NCBI RefSeq assembly: GCF_014280195.1
Contig: NZ_CP047960.1
Coordinates: 1,800,001 to 1,832,000, forward strand
From: Synechococcus sp. A15-24
GTDB taxonomy: Bacteria; Cyanobacteriota; Cyanobacteriia; PCC-6307; Cyanobiaceae
Reading direction: 5' to 3'
Length of the DNA stretch: 32,000 nucleotides
Position 1 is the stretch's first letter. Every line of letters begins with the position of its first letter. Below the pieces are notes generated by a model, which saw nothing but the letters and a program-made list of their open reading frames with translations, was not told the origin of the DNA and did no database searches. Below are positions 28,964 to 32,000 of the stretch, piece after piece. Made by a program: the position numbers and the translations under genes.

Positions 28964-31900
28964 TCATGCGCAGTCCCGAGACCAGCGGAGCGTCGATGCC
29001 CCAGTCCACCGCCCATGCCCCCGACGGCGAGCAGCCTTGGGCCAGCGGTGGCAGCCCCGGCGCCGGCCGCCTGCTGCAGCATCGCCTAGAGCTGGTGGAA
29101 GACCTGTGGCAGACCGTGCTGCGCAGCGAATGCCCCCCGGAACAAAGCGAGCGGCTGCTCCGTCTCAAGCAGCTGAGTGATCCGGTGGCCCTGGAAGGCC
29201 GCGACGGTGAGAGCAGCAGCGAGGCGATCGTTGAGCTGATCCTCAGCATGGATCTCTCCGAGGCCATCGCAGCAGCCCGTGCTTTCTCCCTGTATTTCCA
29301 GCTGATCAACATCCTCGAGCAGCGCATCGAGGAAGACAGCTATCTCGACAGCCTTCGTCCCAGCCGCAGCCAGGACGACGAGACCGCGGCACCGTTTGAT
29401 CCCTTCGCCCCGCCCCTGGCCAGCCAGACCGACCCCGCCACATTCGGCGAAGTGTTCGAGCGGCTGCGGCGGATGAATGTTCCCCCCGCGCAGGTGGAGA
29501 CGCTCCTGCGGGAACTGGACATCCGACTGGTGTTCACCGCCCACCCGACGGAAATCGTGCGGCACACCGTGCGGCACAAACAGCGGAAGGTGGCGTCCCT
29601 GCTGCAACGGTTGCAGTCAGAGCCAGCGCTGCCCCGCTACGACGAAGAGGAATTGCGACGCCAGCTGGAGGAGGAGATCCGCCTCTGGTGGCGCACCGAC
29701 GAGCTGCACCAGTTCAAACCGACGGTGCTGGATGAGGTGGATTCAACCCTGCACTACTTCCAGCAGGTGCTGTTCGAAGCGATGCCGCAGCTGCGGCGGC
29801 GGCTGGTGTCATCCCTGAGCCGGCACTACCCCGATGTGCAGTTCCCCCAGGCGTCCTTCTGCACCTTCGGGTCCTGGGTGGGGTCCGACCGCGACGGCAA
29901 CCCCTCGGTCACCCCGGAGATCACCTGGCGGACCGCCTGTTATCAGCGCCAGCTGATGCTGGAGCTCTACATCGGCTCGGTGCAATCCCTGCGCAACCAG
30001 CTGAGCATCTCGATGCAGTGGAGCCAGGTAGCCCCACCACTGTTGGAATCGCTGGAAATGGACCGGCTGCGCTTCCCGGAGATCTATGAGCGCCGGGCCG
30101 CCCGCTATCGGCTGGAGCCCTACCGGCTCAAGCTCAGCTACATCCTTGAACGGCTGGAGCTCACGCTGCAGCGCAACCATCAGATGTCAGAGGCTGGCTG
30201 GCAGTCGCCGCCGGAACCTGCCACCACAGCGCCAACCGATGGGATCCCGGGCCATGAGGCGCTGCACTACACCGACATCAATCAGTTCCGCAGTGATCTG
30301 GAACTGATCCGCAACAGCCTTGTCAGCACCGAGCTGAGCTGCGAACAGCTCGACACCCTGCTCAACCAGGTCCACATCTTCGGGTTCTCTCTAGCGAGCC
30401 TGGACATCCGGCAGGAGAGCACCCGCCACAGCGACGCCATCGATGAGCTGACCACCAACCTGCAGCTTCCCAAGGCCTACGGCGCCATGGAGGAATCTGA
30501 GCGGGTGGCCTGGCTGCTGGAGGAACTGCAGACCCGCCGGCCTCTGATCCCCGCGGCGGTCGAATGGTCCGAAGCCACCGCCCAGACCTTTGCGGTGTTC
30601 CAGATGCTGCATCGCCTGCAGCAGGAATTCGGTCAGCGGATCTGCCACTCATATGTGATCTCCATGAGTCACACCGCCTCCGACCTGCTGGAGGTGATGC
30701 TGCTGGCGAAGGAGATCGGCCTGGCGGACCCGCAGGCCGGCAAGGCATCGCTGCTGGTGGTGCCTTTGTTCGAAACGGTGGAAGACCTGCAGCGGGCCCC
30801 CGAGGTCATGGACGGCCTGTTCCAGAAGCCGATTTACCGGAATCTGCTCCCCAGTGTTGGCGTCCAGCGACAGCCCCTGCAGGAGCTGATGCTCGGGTAC
30901 TCCGACAGCAACAAAGACTCGGGCTTCCTCTCCAGCAACTGGGAGATTCACCAGGCGCAGATCGCCCTGCAAACCCTGGCCAGTAGCCATGGCGTGGCCC
31001 TGCGGCTGTTCCACGGCCGGGGTGGATCGGTGAGCCGCGGCGGTGGCCCGGCCTACCAGGCCATACTTGCTCAGCCCAGCGGCACACTGCAGGGCCGGAT
31101 CAAGATCACCGAACAGGGTGAAGTGCTGGCCTCCAAGTACGGCCTGCCGGAACTTGCCCTCTACAACCTGGAAACCGTCACGACGGCGGTGGTGCAGAAC
31201 AGCTTGGTGACCAATCAGCTGGATGCCACCCCGAGCTGGAACCAGTTGATGAGCCGCGTGGCCAAGCGCTCCCGCGAGCATTACCGGGCCCTGGTCCACG
31301 ACAACCCCGATCTGGTGGCGTTTTTCCAGCAGGTCACCCCGATCGAGGAGATCAGCAAGCTGCAGATCTCCAGCCGTCCGGCCCGCCGCAAGACCGGCGC
31401 CCGGGATCTCTCCAGTCTGCGGGCAATCCCCTGGGTGTTCGGCTGGACCCAAAGCCGGTTCCTGCTGCCGAGCTGGTTCGGTGTGGGCACCGCCCTGGCG
31501 GAGGAGGTCAACGACGACCCTGAGCAACTGGACCTGCTGCGGCGACTGCATCAGCGCTGGCCGTTTTTCCGGATGCTGATCTCCAAGGTGGAGATGACGC
31601 TGTCCAAGGTCGATCTCGACCTGGCGCACCACTACATGAGCAGCCTCGGCAACCCGGAGCAGCGCGATGCCTTTGAAGACATCTTCAAGGTGATCGCCGA
31701 TGAATACGGCCGCACCCTGAAGCTGGTACTTGAAATCACCGGTCAGAGCCGCCTGCTTGGGGCCGATCAGAACCTGCAGCTGTCGGTGGATCTGCGCAAC
31801 CGCACCATTGTTCCCCTGGGCTTCCTGCAGGTGGCCCTGCTGCGGCGACTGCGGGATCAGAACCGCCAGCCCCCCATGAGCGAATCCCCTGGAACGCCGG

Positions 31901-31992
31901 AGGATCGCCGCACCTACAGCCGCAGTGAGCTGCTGCGGGGCGCATTGCTCACCCTTAATGGCATCGCCGCCGGCATGCGCAACACCGGCTGA
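28960..31992 (+). CDS. ppc: Phosphoenolpyruvate carboxylase
   Basis: PEPC signatures are present: [53 protein letters not shown] and the C-terminal [10 protein letters not shown]. The ATG at 28960 overlaps the gshA stop as ATGA. ATGs at 28966 and 28996 are alternatives. Confidence 0.92.
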   Translation: MIMRSPETSGASMPQSTAHAPDGEQPWASGGSPGAGRLLQHRLELVEDLWQTVLRSECPPEQSERLLRLKQLSDPVALEGRDGESSSEAIVELILSMDLSEAIAAARAFSLYFQLINILEQRIEEDSYLDSLRPSRSQDDETAAPFDPFAPPLASQTDPATFGEVFERLRRMNVPPAQVETLLRELDIRLVFTAHPTEIVRHTVRHKQRKVASLLQRLQSEPALPRYDEEELRRQLEEEIRLWWRTDELHQFKPTVLDEVDSTLHYFQQVLFEAMPQLRRRLVSSLSRHYPDVQFPQASFCTFGSWVGSDRDGNPSVTPEITWRTACYQRQLMLELYIGSVQSLRNQLSISMQWSQVAPPLLESLEMDRLRFPEIYERRAARYRLEPYRLKLSYILERLELTLQRNHQMSEAGWQSPPEPATTAPTDGIPGHEALHYTDINQFRSDLELIRNSLVSTELSCEQLDTLLNQVHIFGFSLASLDIRQESTRHSDAIDELTTNLQLPKAYGAMEESERVAWLLEELQTRRPLIPAAVEWSEATAQTFAVFQMLHRLQQEFGQRICHSYVISMSHTASDLLEVMLLAKEIGLADPQAGKASLLVVPLFETVEDLQRAPEVMDGLFQKPIYRNLLPSVGVQRQPLQELMLGYSDSNKDSGFLSSNWEIHQAQIALQTLASSHGVALRLFHGRGGSVSRGGGPAYQAILAQPSGTLQGRIKITEQGEVLASKYGLPELALYNLETVTTAVVQNSLVTNQLDATPSWNQLMSRVAKRSREHYRALVHDNPDLVAFFQQVTPIEEISKLQISSRPARRKTGARDLSSLRAIPWVFGWTQSRFLLPSWFGVGTALAEEVNDDPEQLDLLRRLHQRWPFFRMLISKVEMTLSKVDLDLAHHYMSSLGNPEQRDAFEDIFKVIADEYGRTLKLVLEITGQSRLLGADQNLQLSVDLRNRTIVPLGFLQVALLRRLRDQNRQPPMSESPGTPEDRRTYSRSELLRGALLTLNGIAAGMRNTG

Positions 31993-32000
31993 TCCCTTGC

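Noticed and set aside
10815-31945. Numerous 60-330-aa ORFs antisense to or out of frame with core genes. Examples: 11080-11568, 12195-12815, 13551-14219, 14599-15135, 16719-17300, 17584-18144, 18781-19692, 19965-20698, 23072-24031, 24278-24994, 26844-27674, 29086-29607, 30649-31632.
   Set aside because: These are typical stop-codon-poor shadow frames of ~60-70% GC DNA. Their products are Arg/Pro/Gly/Ala-rich, and each overlaps a gene with strong family signatures on the other strand or frame.

Overview
The window looks like a high-GC marine Synechococcus-type picocyanobacterium, judged from gene content and protein sequences. No search was run.

Positions 1-10.74 kb are the distal part of the phycobilisome (PBS) rod gene region:
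- cpeZ (partial, missing from the ORF track) and cpeY on the minus strand.
- A doubtful basic ORF and a small unknown ORF.
- cpeB-cpeA (class I phycoerythrin) with a striking G/C-homopolymer terminator.
- A plus-strand operon: small coiled-coil ORF, cpeU-like lyase, pebA, pebB.
- rpcB-rpcA (phycocyanin) with a terminator.
- rpcT, then rpcG (a fused E/F lyase-isomerase carrying the NHCQGN motif), then ptpA.

Positions 10.7-32 kb are ordinary core genes: panC-cmk, rlpA-like, purM, an aldo/keto reductase, tRNA-Cys, an lpxB-related gene, RNase D-like, a PadR-like gene, a membrane protein, an amidase-like gene, hemF, mrp, rodA, an HK-like gene, psaD, trpE, gshA-type ligase and ppc.

I saw no CRISPR array, transposase, integrase or recognisable defence system, and no convincing new multi-gene system.

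The observations most worth following up are:
1. A sharp alternating AT-rich/GC-rich mosaic in the PBS region. All lyase and unknown genes are about 40-45% GC against about 60% elsewhere, and one breakpoint lies inside pebA.
2. An overlooked 53-codon 4-Cys ORF whose stop overlaps the start (TGATG) of a signal-peptide protein with three Cys pairs, next to tRNA-Cys.
3. Uncharacterised small ORFs embedded in the phycoerythrin operons.
4. A histidine-kinase-like protein with an intact H-box but apparently degenerate ATP-binding motifs.
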